Below, one piece after another: positions 1 through 13,497 of a stretch of DNA of 64,000 nt. A program made the position numbers and the translations under genes. The notes below the pieces were generated by a model that was not told the origin of the DNA, made no database searches, and worked only from the letters and a program-made list of their open reading frames with translations. Source of the DNA: Mobula hypostoma. Taxonomy: Eukaryota. The number at the start of each line of letters is the position of its first letter. Position 1 is the stretch's first letter. Where the stretch lies: the NCBI RefSeq assembly GCF_963921235.1, contig NC_086107.1, forward strand, positions 94,428,001 to 94,492,000. The letters are read 5' to 3'.

Positions 1-1439
1 CCAGGTAATGGGTTGGGCAGCAGCCATTCAACTCTGACACTCAACACTTCCAACACTAGCAGAGGTTCAAAACGAATCATCAAAGTGCACACATTACCAT
101 ATACTATCCCTAGATTCATTTTCTTGCGGCCATTCACAGTAAAAGAAACACAATAGAATCAATGAAAAACAGCACTCAAAGACTGGCAAGCAACAAATAT
201 GCAAAAGACAACAACTTTTTTCACTGTGCCCATGGTCTGCTCTTTATCAAATTATGGTATTGCTTTGCACTGCTGTAACTATAAGTTATAATTATGTGGT
301 CTTGTCAGTGTTAGTCTTTGGTTTGTCCTGTTTTTTTTGTGATATCACTCTGGAGGAACATTGTATCATTTCTTAATGCATGCATTTCTAAATGACAATA
401 AACGAGGACCGAGTGTCCTCATAATCTAATCTAATCTAAACTATGCAAATACAGTAAACAGATACACACATACAAATGAATAGATAGATGAATTAATTAA
501 TTAATTACATACATATTGAGAACATGAGTTGTAGAATTCTTGAAAGTGAGTCTGTAAGTTGTGGTATCAATTCAGAGTTGAGGTCATTGAAGTAATACCT
601 GCCAGTTCAGCAAGACATATGCAAGGTCCTTTGCAGTTTGGTTACCAAAAATTAACACCAATTCACACCCTACTCCCTGCATCTCGTTCTGCGCTAGCCC
701 CCAGCTCAGGAGAGAACTGCCAGCTAACAGCATTGTTCAGATTGGCAAGCTGCCTTCACCTCGACTGTGCATTGCAATGCAGAGGTACAGAACAAACTGG
801 AGGCTAAACGTTGGCCTCACACTCAACTAACAACTATCCAGGGTAGAGCAAAGTCGTGCCAAGCTAGTGGACCAGGTCAACTTTGCATCTTCTTGGCATA
901 CAAGAATGTAGAACAGCCTGCCCTTCAACCCACAATGTTGTGCCGACTTTTAACCTACCTCAAGATCTACCTAATCCTTCCCTCCTGCATAGCCCTCCAT
1001 TCTTCTTTCATCCATGTACCTATCTACGAGTCTCTTAAATGTCCCTAATCTGCCTCTACCACCACCCCTGGCAGTGTGATCCACGCATCCCCCTTATACT
1101 TTCCTCCTATCACCTTAAAATTATGCCCCCTTGAGTCATTTCCACTCTGAGGGGAAAAAAAAAGTGCTATCCACTTGATCATCTTGCACACGAAAAGAAA
1201 ATCTTAAGCAGAGGGATTAGTTTCAGTAATGCAATAAGTTTGCACTAGTACAATGTGGAGGGGACTGAGTGCACATCTTGGTGAAAAAATGAGAGCAAAC
1301 AATAACAGAGCTCATGTGTTATCTTGGACTTTGAAATGGTGATGCAGATATTTCTGCATCTCAAGTCTTTGTGTTGGATCACAGATTCAACAAGCCGGAT
1401 AAACATTTTTCTGATAGTGTGTGGGTTTACATATCTCAC

Positions 1440-1580
1440 CAGAAGGGGCTAGAACATAGAAGTATGGCATAAACCCGTGTATATGGCAGCAGACGCTGTT
1501 CCCTTCCATTGTAATTCCAAACATTCGTGTCACAGGAACAGGCCCCTGTTTATTCCCAGGCATTCCAGTAACGTAAGACC
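1440..1580 (-). CDS. POLD1: POLD1 (DNA polymerase delta catalytic subunit) coding exon 3, 141 nt, phase 1-1
   Basis: Minus strand reads tttctcttatag|GG TCT TAC...GCC CCT TCT G|gtgaga and translates to (G)[46 protein letters not shown](G), the conserved Pol delta N-terminal motif (human ...[22 protein letters not shown]...). Phase matches the preceding exon. Confidence 0.96.
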
Positions 1581-2012
1581 CTATAAGAGAAAGGAAAAGA
1601 AAATACAGTTATTAAAACTGGAATCTTTGTGGAACGTTGCTTTGTACAAAATGCTTAAATAGGCGGCAAGGTAGTGTAGCAGTTAGCACATCACCTTACA
1701 ACATCAGTGATCAAGACTGGGATTCAAATGACCATTACACACTCTATGTCAACAATCTTTTCCAACCAGAAATATATTTTCTACAGACATTTCACTGCAA
1801 TCTATTAATACAGAATTGTCATATTAGTATCAAAAATTATACAGTGGATTGGAGTTCAATCCTCTGACAGGCATTTTGTGAAAGAGAGAAACAGCTACAA
1901 GGTCTCATTGAGAATAAATTTAATTTGCAATAGAAATATCGGGGGTGGCATGGTAGTGGACCAATTAGTATGATGCCTTACAGTTTAACATTCAGGATAC
2001 AATTCCTGCTGC

Positions 2013-2435
2013 GATATTTTCATTTAATTTGATTTATTACTCCCTCCATCTTTTTTTTTTCCTAAGTTTTCGATTTGATCAGAAAGTCAGTTTGTCTTTT
2101 TTTTTCCCGGTTGTATCCTCAAAATGGACTGTCCAGTCCCGTTTTTTTTGTTTCTTTCCCCCCCATATAGTGTAGTGGGTTTTTTTTCTTTTCATTTAAA
2201 ACCCAATGTTTTTTCTTTTCTCTTCATAAACTGATAAGAGGAGAACTGCTATTTTCATTTTTTTAATTATGTATTTTATACTAGTTTAACAATATCTATG
2301 ACCTTGACGATGTCTATCTTAATCTTGGTCTATATTGTTACCGATATATATATATATATATATATTTGAGATAATTTTCCTCTTGATTGTATTTATGCTC
2401 TTTTAAAAATCAATAAAAAGATTAATAAAGAAAGA
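2013..2435 (+). mobile_element. L1/Tx1-like 3' fragment inserted into a tRNA-derived SINE
   Basis: T-rich 3'UTR ending in AATAAA and an A-rich tail; flanked by ACAATTCC(T/C)GCTGC at 1999-2012 and 2436-2449; the SINE head (~1943-1998) resumes after the insert. Confidence 0.6.
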
Positions 2436-2499
2436 ACAATTCCCGCTGCAATCCCTAAGGAGTTGTACATTCTCCCAGTGAATGCACGACTTTTCTCCC

Positions 2500-3725
2500 A
2501 CATACATTGATTTAGAAAGGCCAATGTGCTTAAAGCTCTCTTTATGACCCTATCCTCCTGTGACACTACTTTCAAGTAATTGTGGATCTGTATTCCCAGA
2601 TTTCTCTGTTCTACCGCACTCCTCAGTATCTGTACAAGTCCTACCCTGGTTTGTTCTCTCCAAGTGCAACACCTCACACTTGTCTGCATTAAATTCCACC
2701 TGCCATTTTTCTGCCCATTTTTCCAGCTGGTCCAGATCCCACTGCAAGCTTTGATAGCCTTCCTCGCTGTCCACTACACCCTCCCCTGCCCAAACGCAGT
2801 GTCATCTGCAAATCTGTTGATCCAATTTATGAAATTATGATCCAGGTCATTGATATAGATGACAAACAACAACAGACCCAGTACCGATCCCTGTGACAGA
2901 TCACTAGTCACAGGCCTCCAGCCAAAGGCAACCCTCTACTACCACTCTCTGGCTTCTCCCACAAAGCCAAAGTCTAATCAATTTACCACCTGACCCTGAA
3001 TGCCGAATGACTGAACCTTTTAGGGCAACCTCGGTATTGTCAAAGGCCTTGCTAAAGTTCATGTACACAACATCCTCTGCCTTGCCTTCATCAACTTTCC
3101 TGGTAACTTCCTCAAAAAACCCTTTCAGATTTGTTAGACACAACTTACCATGCACAAAGTCAGTTTGACTATCTCTAATCAGTCCCTGTCTATCTAAATA
3201 CTTATATATTGAGTCTGTAAAAATACCTTCCAATAACTTACTGATGACAGGCTCACAAGCATATAATTTCCTGGCTTATTCTCAGTCTTTCTTAAACAGA
3301 ACAACATCTGCGAGGACCCTTGCAATTTATGTACTTGCCTCCCAGTAGTTCCCGAGGGAACACATTCTCAGGCCCTGGGGATTTATTAATTTGCCTCAAG
3401 ACAGCAAACACCTCCTCCTCTTCTAATCTGTACATGGCCTTAATGTTATTTTGCCTCACTTCTATAGACCCTGTGTCCATCTCCTGAGTAAATACAGGGG
3501 CAAAAAAAAAATCCATTCGAGATCTCCCCCAATTCTTTTGGCTCCACACATGGATTACCACTCTGATCTTCAAAGGGGCCAATGTTGTCCCTTGCAATCT
3601 TTTAGCTCTTAATATATTTGCAGAAGCCCTTGGGATTCTCCTTTACTTCCTCTGCCAGAGCATCCTCATGCCTTCTTCTGGTCCTCCTGGTTTCCTTCTG
3701 AAGTGTTCTCTTGCATTTCTTATGA
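2500..3725 (-). mobile_element. CR1-type LINE ORF2 (RT) fragment, degenerate
   Basis: ORF pieces: KSPGP, 'GLIRDSQ..FVHGKLCLTNL..FFEEVT..VDEG...DVVYM.FSKAFD', 'LQWDLDQLEKWAEKWQVEFNADKCEVLH'. Confidence 0.9.
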
Positions 3726-6536
3726 TCTCTTTAATCTCTTTAAATGGCAGGAGTAAGTAGATTCCCAAGTTAATTTACTGACTGCAGAATATTTTCAAGA
3801 TATCCTTCAAGTGAGAAGTTAATGCACATTCTGTAGTTCTTTAAGTGCCAAGAGTGGGAAAATAACACTCCCGTCAATACGCCTACGATTCATTCCTTAA
3901 ATATTCTATCTCATCACCTCAACTTTCTCGCTCCCACATTTATTCGTCGCTCCGAAGTTATACAATTCAAAACACTTACTCACATCTGCCTTACCTTTCA
4001 CTGAAATCCTATTCTTGGTTAAGATTTACATGCACGGGAATACCAGTGCAACTTTGATGAATAGTAGTGATCATTTTAGAATTTCCTCCGAAGCATCAGG
4101 TCTAACCCCACTAAACAAGTTCTGGAAAAGATTCACTGATAGTCAAATTTTCTGGGACAATAGCGTACATACTTTCTTAGTCAAATCAGTAATGTGAAAC
4201 TTTCTAATCAATACAGATCCAAGTTAAAGGCACACTACAGTAAATAATTTTAATGGAATGAAGGCCCGGTGAATAGGTGGAGGAACTTGCAGAATTCAGG
4301 TTAACAGAGTATGAAATTTTCTAAAACTTATCAATTTGATTCTCCTTCCCCCCACCCTCCCATAAAGAATACAATAGAATACAAAACAGATCATTACAGC
4401 ACAGTACAGGCCCTTTGGCCCACAATGTTGTCCCGTCCCAATAAGCTACTCCAAGATCAATGAAACCCTTCCCACACAGCCCTCCATTTTTCTATCATCC
4501 ATGTGCCGATCTAAGTGTCTCTTAAATGTCCCTAATGTATCAGTGTCTACCACCACCTGTGGCAGCAAGTCCCACACATCACCACTCTGGGTAAAAAAAA
4601 AATGTACAAGCAAAACTGTGGCAAATTAAATCAGAACTAGAACTGGAAGACAGTTATGAAAGTACATCGCAGATCCTCGAAAGAGTACTGGTGAAAATGC
4701 TGATGGGCAAATTTTCATTTGCCTTGAATTTTTATTCTCACTCGGTGAGCAGAGGGTAGACACTGAAGAAGTTGTTGACGGGCTTTAAACAAAAATTAAC
4801 ACTTACCCCCGCAGTTAAATGATAGGAGACTTGTAAGATTATATTCAGCATTGTTACTGCTTTTCCCTTTGTTCTGCCTTGTGTGTGAGATAAGAGGCGT
4901 AGATACAGTGGACAGCCAGCATCTTTTTCCCAGAGCGAGGGGGAATAGTTTTAGAGTGGTTGGAGAAAAGTATAAAGGGGATGTCAGGTATGTTCTTTTT
5001 TTTTTAAATACACAGAGAGCAATGAATGTGTGGTATTTGTTGCCAGGGTAGTAGTAGAGGCAAATACATTAGGGAGATTTAAGAGACTCTTAGATAGGAA
5101 GATCTATGACAGCGAAATGGAGAGCTATGAGGGAGGGAAGGGTTAGATTGATTTGGGAATAGGTTAAAAAGTCAGCACAACATCATGGGCTGGATGGCAT
5201 GCACAGTGCTATACTGTTCTATGTTCTATGCTCTAAATGGATTCCCATTGCACTGCACAATTCTACAGGAAACTTCATTGAGAAAAGAATTTAATGCTTA
5301 AAGATGATGTTGCTAGTAAAATCGAACATATTGATGGTGAAATAGTGGAAAAATGCTCATTAAGATAGGAATAATGGCTCCCTATCCAACTGCGATACAA
5401 GATCTCCAGAATGTTTTGACATCAGCAAGTAAATGGTAGCTAGATTTAAAGATATGAAGATATGTAAATTCTGAAACCAGATGGAATAAGTCTTGAAAGA
5501 GAATATTTTCACAGCACTCTGGGTAGAAGAACAACAAGTACAGCAAGACAGGGACTAACTAAAATGGGAGATCAAACCAGAACCAAAGTCAAAGTACATT
5601 CATTAAAAAAAATCAGAACTCGAATTAAATCTTAATAAACAACAGCAAACTAACACTCCAGTGTATAGTCTAAACACCAAACCTCAATTTCTTTCATGGA
5701 TAACAATTTAAATATTGTGGCCTGTAAACACGAGGGATTCTGCAGATGCTTACAATCCAGAACAAGGCACACAAAATGCTGGAGGAACTCAGCAGGTCAG
5801 GCAGCATCTACGGAAATGAAGATACAGTCGATGATTCAGGCCGGGACCCTTCCTTTCCAGCTCTGAAATAGACTGCTTATTCCCCTCTGTGGATGCTGCC
5901 TAATCAGCTGAGACAGTGAGAAAGAGTGATGAGCCAAAATAGCTGTTTAGAAGCAGCAAGAATACAATGGACTAAACAGCCTTCCTGCATGTTCCAATCC
6001 AGCCCTGATGAAGGGTTATCAGCCCAAAACTTCGACACTATTCCTCTCCATGGATGCTGCCTGACCCGAGTTCCCCCAACATTTCGTGTCACTCTAGATT
6101 TCCAACATCTGCAGAATCTCTTATGTTCCTATGTGTTACAAGTTTAATATTTTTGTTAGGATTGTTAAAATAACAATTAGTGATAAGCTTAATAGACAGT
6201 ATGAGCATTACACCTCACATTTTCTGAGGGACACACAATTGCTAGGCACTACTGGACAGGAGCAGGCCATTCAGCTCTTCAGTGGTGCACTATCAGGTTA
6301 GATTCTGTAAACTTAAGTGTTACTCAGCTTACTCTGGGTCTAAAGCACACACAGTAATAACCCCCATTGACTCTTAATTTTTAGCAATGCACCACAGGAA
6401 GTATGGTGTCTGGATGCATATCAGCTGCTCTGCACGTGACCGCAAAAAACAGCAGAGAATTGCGGACACAGAAACCAGCCTCCCCTCCAGCATAATCAAA
6501 GACTCCTCCCCCTACCCCCAGACATTCTCTCTTCTC

Positions 6537-8516
6537 ATAGTCATAGCCATAGTAATACTTTATTGAGCCCGGGGGAAATTGGTTTTCGTTACAGTTGCAC
6601 CATAAATAATAAATAGTAATAGAACCATAAATAGTTAAATAGTAATATATAAATTATGCCAGTAAATTATGAAATAAATCCAGGACCAGCCTATCGGCTC
6701 AGGGTGTCTGACCCGCCAAGGGAGGAGTTGTAAAGTTTGATGGCCACAGGCAGGAATGACTTCCTATGACGCTCTGTGCTGCATCTCGGAGGAGTGAGTC
6801 TCTAGCTGAATGTATTCCTGTGCCCACCCAGTACATTATGTAGTGGATGGGAGACATTGTCCAAGATGGCATGCAACTTAGACAGTATCCTCTTTTCAGA
6901 CACCACCGTCAGAGAGTCCAGTTCCATCCCCACAACATCACTGGCCTTATGAATGAGTTTGTTGATTCTGTTGGCGTCTGCTACCCTCAGCCTGCTGCCC
7001 CAGCACACAACAGCAAACATGATTGCACTGGCCACCACAGACTCGTAGAACATCCTCAGCATCGTCCGGCAGATGTTAAAGGACCTCAGTTTCCTCAGGA
7101 AATAGAGACAGCTCTGACCCTTCTTATAGACAGCCTGCGTTCTTTGAACAGTCCAGTTTATTGTCAATTCGTATCCCCAGGTATTTGTAATCCTACACCA
7201 TGTCCACATTGACCCCCTGGATGGAAACAGGGGTCACCGGTACCTTAGCTCTCCTCAGGTCTACCACCAGCTCCTTAGTCTTTTTCACATTAAGCTGCAG
7301 ATAATTCTGCTCACACCATGTGACAAAGTTTCCTACCGTAGCCCTGTACTCAACCTCATCTCCCTTGCTGATGCATCCAATTATGGCAGAGTCATCCGAA
7401 AACTTCTGAAGATGACAAGACTCTGTGCAGTAGTTGAAGTCCGAGGTGTAAATGGTGAAGAGAAAGGGAGACAAGACAGTCCCCTGTGGAGCCCCAGTGC
7501 TGCTGATCATTCTGTCGGACACACAGTGTTGCAAGCACACGTACTGTGGTCTGCCAGTCAGGTAATCAAGAATCCATGATACCAGGGAAGCATCCATCTG
7601 CTTCGCTGTCAGCCTCTCCCCCAGCAGAGCAGGGCGGATGGTGTTGAACACACTGGAGAAGTCAAAAAAACATGACCCTCACAGTGCTCGCTGGCTTGTC
7701 CAGGTGGGCGTAGACACGGTTCAGCAGGTAGACGATGGCATTCTCAATTCCTAGTCGGGGCTGGTAGGCAAACTGGAGGGGATCTAAGTGTGGCCTGACC
7801 ATAGGCCGGAGCAGCTCCAGAACAAGTCTCTCCAGGGTCCTCATGATGTGGGAGGTCAATGCCACCAGTCTGTAGTCATTGAGGCCGCTGGGGCGCGGCG
7901 TCTTCGGCACAGGGACGAGGCAGGATGTCTTCCACAGTACAGGAACCCTCCGGAGCCTCAGGCTCAGATTGAATACATGGCGAAGTACTCCACATAGCTG
8001 AGGGGCACAGGCTTTGAGCACCCTGGTACTGACACCATCCGGTCCTGCAGCCTTGCTTGGGTTGAGATGTTTCAGCTGTCTTCTCACCTGTTCAGCTGTG
8101 AAGCCCACCGTGGTGGTTTCGTGCGGGGAAGGGATATAGTCATGAGAGCAGGGTGAGGGACTGTGAGGAGGGGTAGGAGGGGAGAGTGGAATATGTGTTG
8201 GTTGGGGGCCGACAACAGATGGCTCATGTGGGGGATGGGCAGGGGTCACAATGTCAAATCTGTTAAAGAATAGGTTAAGTTCTTTGGCCCTGTCCACACT
8301 GCCTTCAGCTCCTCTGTTGCTAGTTTGCCAGAACCCAGTGATGGTCCTCATCCTCCTCCAGACCTCTCTCTCATGTTGTTCTGCTGGAGTTTCTACTCTA
8401 GCTTCCTCCTGTACCTATCTTTAGCCTCCCTGATCCTGGCTTTCAAGTCCCTCTGTATTGCCCTCAGCTCCTCCCTATTTCCACCTCTAAATGCCCTCTT
8501 TTTAACGTTCAGGATG
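6537..8516 (-). mobile_element. Rex1/Babar-type non-LTR retrotransposon, 5'-truncated, relatively well preserved
   Basis: Three frameshifted ORFs (8351-7662, 7651-7193, 7209-6802) with KAAGPDG, DYRLVALTS, DPLQFAY, GAPQGTVLSPFLF, KFSDD and LQLNVKKTKELVVD; AATAAA plus (TATGAC)-like 3' tail; inserted into an older LINE remnant that resumes at ~8520. Confidence 0.9.
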
Positions 8517-9059
8517 TCTCCCCTCTCCCATCAGGCAGAAGATATAAAAGCCCGAAAGCACATACCACCAGACACAAGGACAGCATCTGTCCCACTGTTA
8601 TCAGACTCTTCAACAGACCTCCAGTACAATAAGGCGGACCCTTGACCTCACAAACTACCTCGTTATGATCTTCCACTTTTAACATTCATCTGCACTGAAC
8701 TTTTTTGGTAACTTTTACACTTTAATTTACATCGTTATTGTTTTACCTTGTTCTACCTCAATGCAGTGTGTAATGATCTTATCTGTAAAAACAAAATTAT
8801 ACAAAGCAAACTTTCCAAAGTATATTGGTACATGTGACAATAATAATAAAAAAAGACCATAAGACATAGGAGCAGTATTAGGCCATCTGGCCCATCAAGT
8901 ATCAAACCTACACAGTTTGTTTTTTTTTAAATGTACCATCCGGCCACTGCTGCTTTTATACCACAAAATAAAGTGGTATAAAACACAGGGCTTTGTCCGA
9001 GCCAGAGTTTCCTGCTCAGGATCACTGTTGGTACCATCGCTGTCGGTACGATCACTTAC

Positions 9060-9176
9060 CCACATAGTACTCCAGCTCCACCTGCTGGAAAGCAATGTTA
9101 TCCTCTTTCGGGTTGATCTTTGGTGCAGGCGGCCGCTGCCATTTACTGTTCATGGCACCTGAAGAGAAGAGGTTTC
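9060..9176 (-). CDS. POLD1: POLD1 coding exon 2, 117 nt, phase 1-1
   Basis: ctgctttcag|GA AAC CTC...TAC TAT GTG G|gtaagt translates to (G)NLFSSGAMNSKWQRPPAPKINPKEDNIAFQQVELEYYV(G), matching the POLD1 'W.RP..P...P....L.FQQ.E.D.Y.G' pattern. Confidence 0.94.
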
Positions 9177-9289
9177 CTGAAAGCAGAAAGTTTACAGAGC
9201 TTATAATGCCACATTACAGTTCATATAACTTTTGAGCTGTCCAAAAGATGACATCATAATCCACCTTGGTTTCTTCCTCCCTTCACTTC

Positions 9290-9327
9290 CAGTCCTGATG
9301 AAGAGTCTGGGACCGAAACGTTAATTG
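9290..9327 (+). ncRNA. Hammerhead ribozyme motif, core intact but stem I weak; antisense within a POLD1 intron
   Basis: CAGUC-CUGAUGA-AGAGUCUGGGACC-GAAAC-GUU-AAUUG. Confidence 0.5.
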
Positions 9328-9648
9328 TTTATTTGTCTCCATAGATACTGCCAGACCTCCTGAGTTCCCCTGGTGTGTTACTCGCAATATCCAGCAGCTG
9401 CAGAATCTACTGTATTACTGTTTAAACCTCTGTAACTGTAACAATTAATTCTGCATTCTGCTATTGCTTTCCCTTGTAATACCTCAATACACTGATGAAA
9501 TGCAATTATCTGTATGGATGGCACGGCAAAACAAAATTTTTCACTCTACCTTGGTACATGTGCTAATAATGAATACCATAAATATCAATGAGCCAGGCAG
9601 GCAGAAAGACCAACAGACAGAGACAATGAAAAGCACGCTGCCACCTAC

Positions 9649-9844
9649 CAATTGGAACCGAATCATGTGACGGCTGTGCTTCCTTGGCATCCATGAGCAT
9701 TTCTGCCTCTACTTCATCCAGGTACGCCAGCTCATCTTCAAACTGCGACGGCCCCTCCTCGTCCCAGTCTCCTCGCAGGCGCTTCGGATGTGGCTGGCTG
9801 CCATTGCCACTACTGCCATACGGCTTCTTCTTTGCACTATGCAT
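9649..9844 (-). CDS. POLD1: POLD1 first coding exon (ATG at 9844; exon starts at 9851 with 7 nt of 5'UTR)
   Basis: cttgcgcag|ATAAAAC ATG...CCA ATT G|gtaggt gives MHSAKKKPYGSSGNGSQPHPKRLRGDWDEEGPSQFEDELAYLDEVEAEMLMDAKEAQPSHDSVPI(G): a basic NLS-like segment followed by the conserved 'WD...PSQFEE.LA' block. A at -3. Confidence 0.93.
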
Positions 9845-9859
9845 GTTTTATCTGCGCAA

Positions 9860-12800
9860 GACCACAAGACCATAAGACGTAGCAGCAGAATTAGGCCATT
9901 CAGCCCAGACTGCTCCGCCACTCCATCATGACTGATCCCAGATCCCACTAAATCCCACACACCTGCCTACTCGCCATGTCCTTTGATGCCCTGACTGATC
10001 AGGAAACTATCAGCTTCCACTTTAAATATACGCACGGACCTGGCCTCCACCACAGACTGTGGAAGAGCATTCCAGATTTACTACTCTCTGGCTAAAAATA
10101 TTCATTCTTACCTCTGTTATTAAGGATCGCCCCTCAATTTTGAGACTGCACCCTTTGTTTGTGGATACCCCCATCATAGGGAACATCCTCTCAACCCACC
10201 TTATCAAGTCCTTTCAACATTCAGTAGGTTTCAATGAAATTCCCCCCACATTCTTCTATATTTCAGTGAGTACAGGCCCAAAGCTGCCAAACACCCCTCA
10301 CACGTGAACCCCTTCATTCCCAGAATCATCCTCGTGAATCTCCTCTGGACTCCCTCCAATGACAACACATCCTTTCTGAGATATGGGGCCCAAAACTGTT
10401 GACAATACTCCAACTACAGCCTGACTAGTGTCTTATAAAGGCTCAGCGTTATCTCCTTGCCTTTATAAAAACATAAGAAATAGGAGCAGGAGTAGGCCAT
10501 CTGGCTCATTGAGCCTGCACCACCATTCAATAAGATCATGGCTGATCTGACCATGGACTCATCTCCACCTACCTGCTTTTCCCCATAACCCTCAATTCCC
10601 CTACAATGCAAAAATCTATCCAACCTTGTCTTAAATATACCCCCACAGCTTCATTGGGCTGAGAATTCCACAGATTCACCACTCTCTGGGAAAAACAGTT
10701 CCTCTTCATCTCTGTCCTAAATCTACTCCCCCAAATCTTGAGGCTATGTTCCCTAGTTCTAGCTCAACTACCAGTGGAAACAACTTTCCTGCCTCTATCT
10801 TATCTATTCCTTTTATAATTTTATATGTTTCTATAAGATCCCCTCTCATTCTTCTGAATTCCAGCGAGTACAGTCCCAGGCGACTCAATTTCTCCTTATC
10901 GTCCAACCCTGTCATCTCTGGAATCAACCTGCTGAACCTTCTCTGCACCACCTCCAAAGCCAGTACATCCTTCGCCTAAGGAGACCGGAACTGCATGCAA
11001 TACTCCAGGTGCAGCCTCACCAGTACCCTATATAGTTGCAACGTAACCTCCCTGCTCTTAAATTCAATCCCTCCAGCAATGAAGGCCAACATTCCATTTA
11101 CCTTCTTGATAACCTGCTGCACTTGCAAACCAACCTTTTGAGATTCATGCACAAGCACTCCCAAGTCCCTCTGCACAGCAGCATGCTGCAATTTTTTACC
11201 ATTTAAATAATCTTCTCTTTCATTTTTCCTTCCAAAGTGGATGACCTCGCATTTACCAACATTGTACTCTATCTGCCAGACCTTTGCCCACTCACTTAAC
11301 CTATCTATATCTCTCTGCAGACTCTCCGTTTCTTCTGCACAATTTGCTTCTCCATTCAATTCAGTATCATCAGCAAACTTAGATACACTACATTCGGTTC
11401 CCTCTTCCAGATCGTTTATGTATATGGTGAACAGTAGCAGGCCCAGCACCAACCCCTGTGGCACACCGCTCACCACTGATTGACAACCAGAGTAACACCC
11501 ATGTATCTCAACCCTATGCTTTCTATTAGTTAATCAATCCTCTATCCATGCTAATACAACACCCCCAATTCTATGCATCTTTATCTTATGGACAAGTCTT
11601 TTATGTGGCACCTTATCGAACGCCTTCTGGAAATCCAAGTAAATAACATCCATCAGTTCCCCCTATCCACTGCACTCATTATATCATCATAGGACTCCAG
11701 TAAGTTATCAAACAGGACCTGCCTTTGCTGAATCCATGCTGTGTCTGCCTGATTGATCCATTTCTCTGCAGATGCCTCGCTATTTCTTCTTTAGTGATAG
11801 CATCAAGCATTTTTCCAACTACAGATGTTAAACTAACTATCCTTTTTTGAATAGTGGCATGATATTTGCCGTCTTCCAATCCACCAGGACCTGCCCAGAG
11901 TCCAGAGAATTTTGGTAAATCACCACCAAAGCCTCTATTACAACTTCTGCCATTTCTTTCAGTACCCTGGGATGCATTCTATCAGGACCAGGGGACTTAT
12001 CTATCTCCAGGCCCACAAGTTTGCTCAACACTACCTCTTTGGTGATAGCAATTATATCGAGATCCTCACCTCCCATTGCATCCATAACATCTCTCTTTGG
12101 CATGTTAGATGTGTCCTCCACCATGAAGACAAACACAAAATAGTCATTCAAAGCCTTGGCCATTTCCTCATTACCCAATATCAATCCCCCCCTTGTCATC
12201 CTCCAACGACCTACATTCACTTTAGCCACCCTTTTCCACTTTACATAATTATAAAAACTTTTACTATCTGTTTTTATTCTATTCCCCTTGAAATAAATGC
12301 CAAAAATGCACTTATCTTCTTGACCACATACTCAACCTGCAAATTAACCTTCTGGAAGTCTTGCACAAGGTCTCCCAAGTCCCTTTACACCTCTGACATT
12401 TGAACCTTCGCCCCAATTAGATAATAGTCCACACTATTGTTCCTTCTACCAAAATGCATTATCATACATTTCCCAACACTGTATTCCATTTGCCACTTTT
12501 TTGCCCATTCTTCCAATTTGACCAAGTCCTGCTACAATCACTTTACTTCCTCAGCACTACCTACTTATTTACCTATTTTGGGAACCATCCGCAAACTTTG
12601 CCACAAAGCCATCAATTCCATTATCCAAATCATTGACATACAATGTGAAAAGTAGTGGTCCCAATACTGACCCCTGAGGAACACCACTAGTCACTGGCAG
12701 CCAACCAGAAAAGGGCCCTTTTAGTCCCACTCGCCACCTCTTGCCTGTCAGCTATTCCATTACCCATGCCAGAATTTATCCTGTTAGGCATCCACATGTG

Positions 12801-13385
12801 TGCACCTTATCAAACGCCTTCTGAAAATCCAAGTAAATGGCATCCACTTCCTCTCCTCTACTTAATACTTCCTCAAAGAATTTCCTTTCCTCTCTTCTTA
12901 AAGAGTGGAGTGACACTTGCAATCTTCCAGCCCTCCAGGACCATGCCAGAATCAAGTGATTCTTGAAAGATCATGACCAATGCATCTGTTATCTTTTCAG
13001 CAACCTCTCCCAGGGCTCTGGGATGTAGTCCATCTGGTCCAAGTGATTTATACACCTTAAGACCTTTGACTTTGCCTAGCACTTTTTTTCTTTGTAATAG
13101 CAATGGCACTCACTCCTGTACCCTGACACTCACAGAGCTCTGGCAAACTGCAAGTGTCTTCCACAGTGAAGACAGATGCAAAGTACCCCTTAAGCTTATC
13201 TGCCATTTCTTTGTCCCCCATTACTACCTCACCAGCATTATTTTCCAGTGGTCCAATATCAGCTTTCACCTCCCTTTTAACTCTTTATATAACTGAAAAA
13301 CTTTTAGTATCCTGCTTTATATTATTGGCTAGTCTGGCCTCATATTTCATCTTTTCCCTTCTTATAGCTTTTTTTTTTAAGTTGC
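9860..13385 (-). mobile_element. Nested CR1 LINEs: one copy (~10470-12275) inserted into another (~9860-10467 plus ~12276-13385)
   Basis: RT motifs SGVPQGLVLG.LLFTIYINDL, KFADDT, LEYC.QF; two separate 3' tails at ~9860 and ~10470; host sequence atctccttgcctttata...ttctattccccttgaaat is split by the inner copy. Confidence 0.88.
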
Positions 13386-13427
13386 ATTTCTTGAGGATAT
13401 CTTGTGACTGTAGGATATCCCAATTTA

Positions 13428-13497
13428 CAGTACTGTACAAAAGTCTTAGGCACCAAAGCTATATCATATATGTAAATAAAACTTTTGCACAGGACTC
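13428..13497. mobile_element. Tiny Tc1/mariner-type MITE (~70 bp)
   Basis: TA|CAGTACTGTACAAAAGTCTTAGG...TTTTGCACAGGACTC|TA: imperfect TIRs with flanking TA. Confidence 0.65.

Noticed and set aside
660..800. Possible next POLD1 exon (minus-strand peptide ...NLNNAVS...)
   Set aside because: Only superficial resemblance to the expected 'RELN.A...D.R' segment and no fitting splice sites; the next exon probably lies beyond the left edge.
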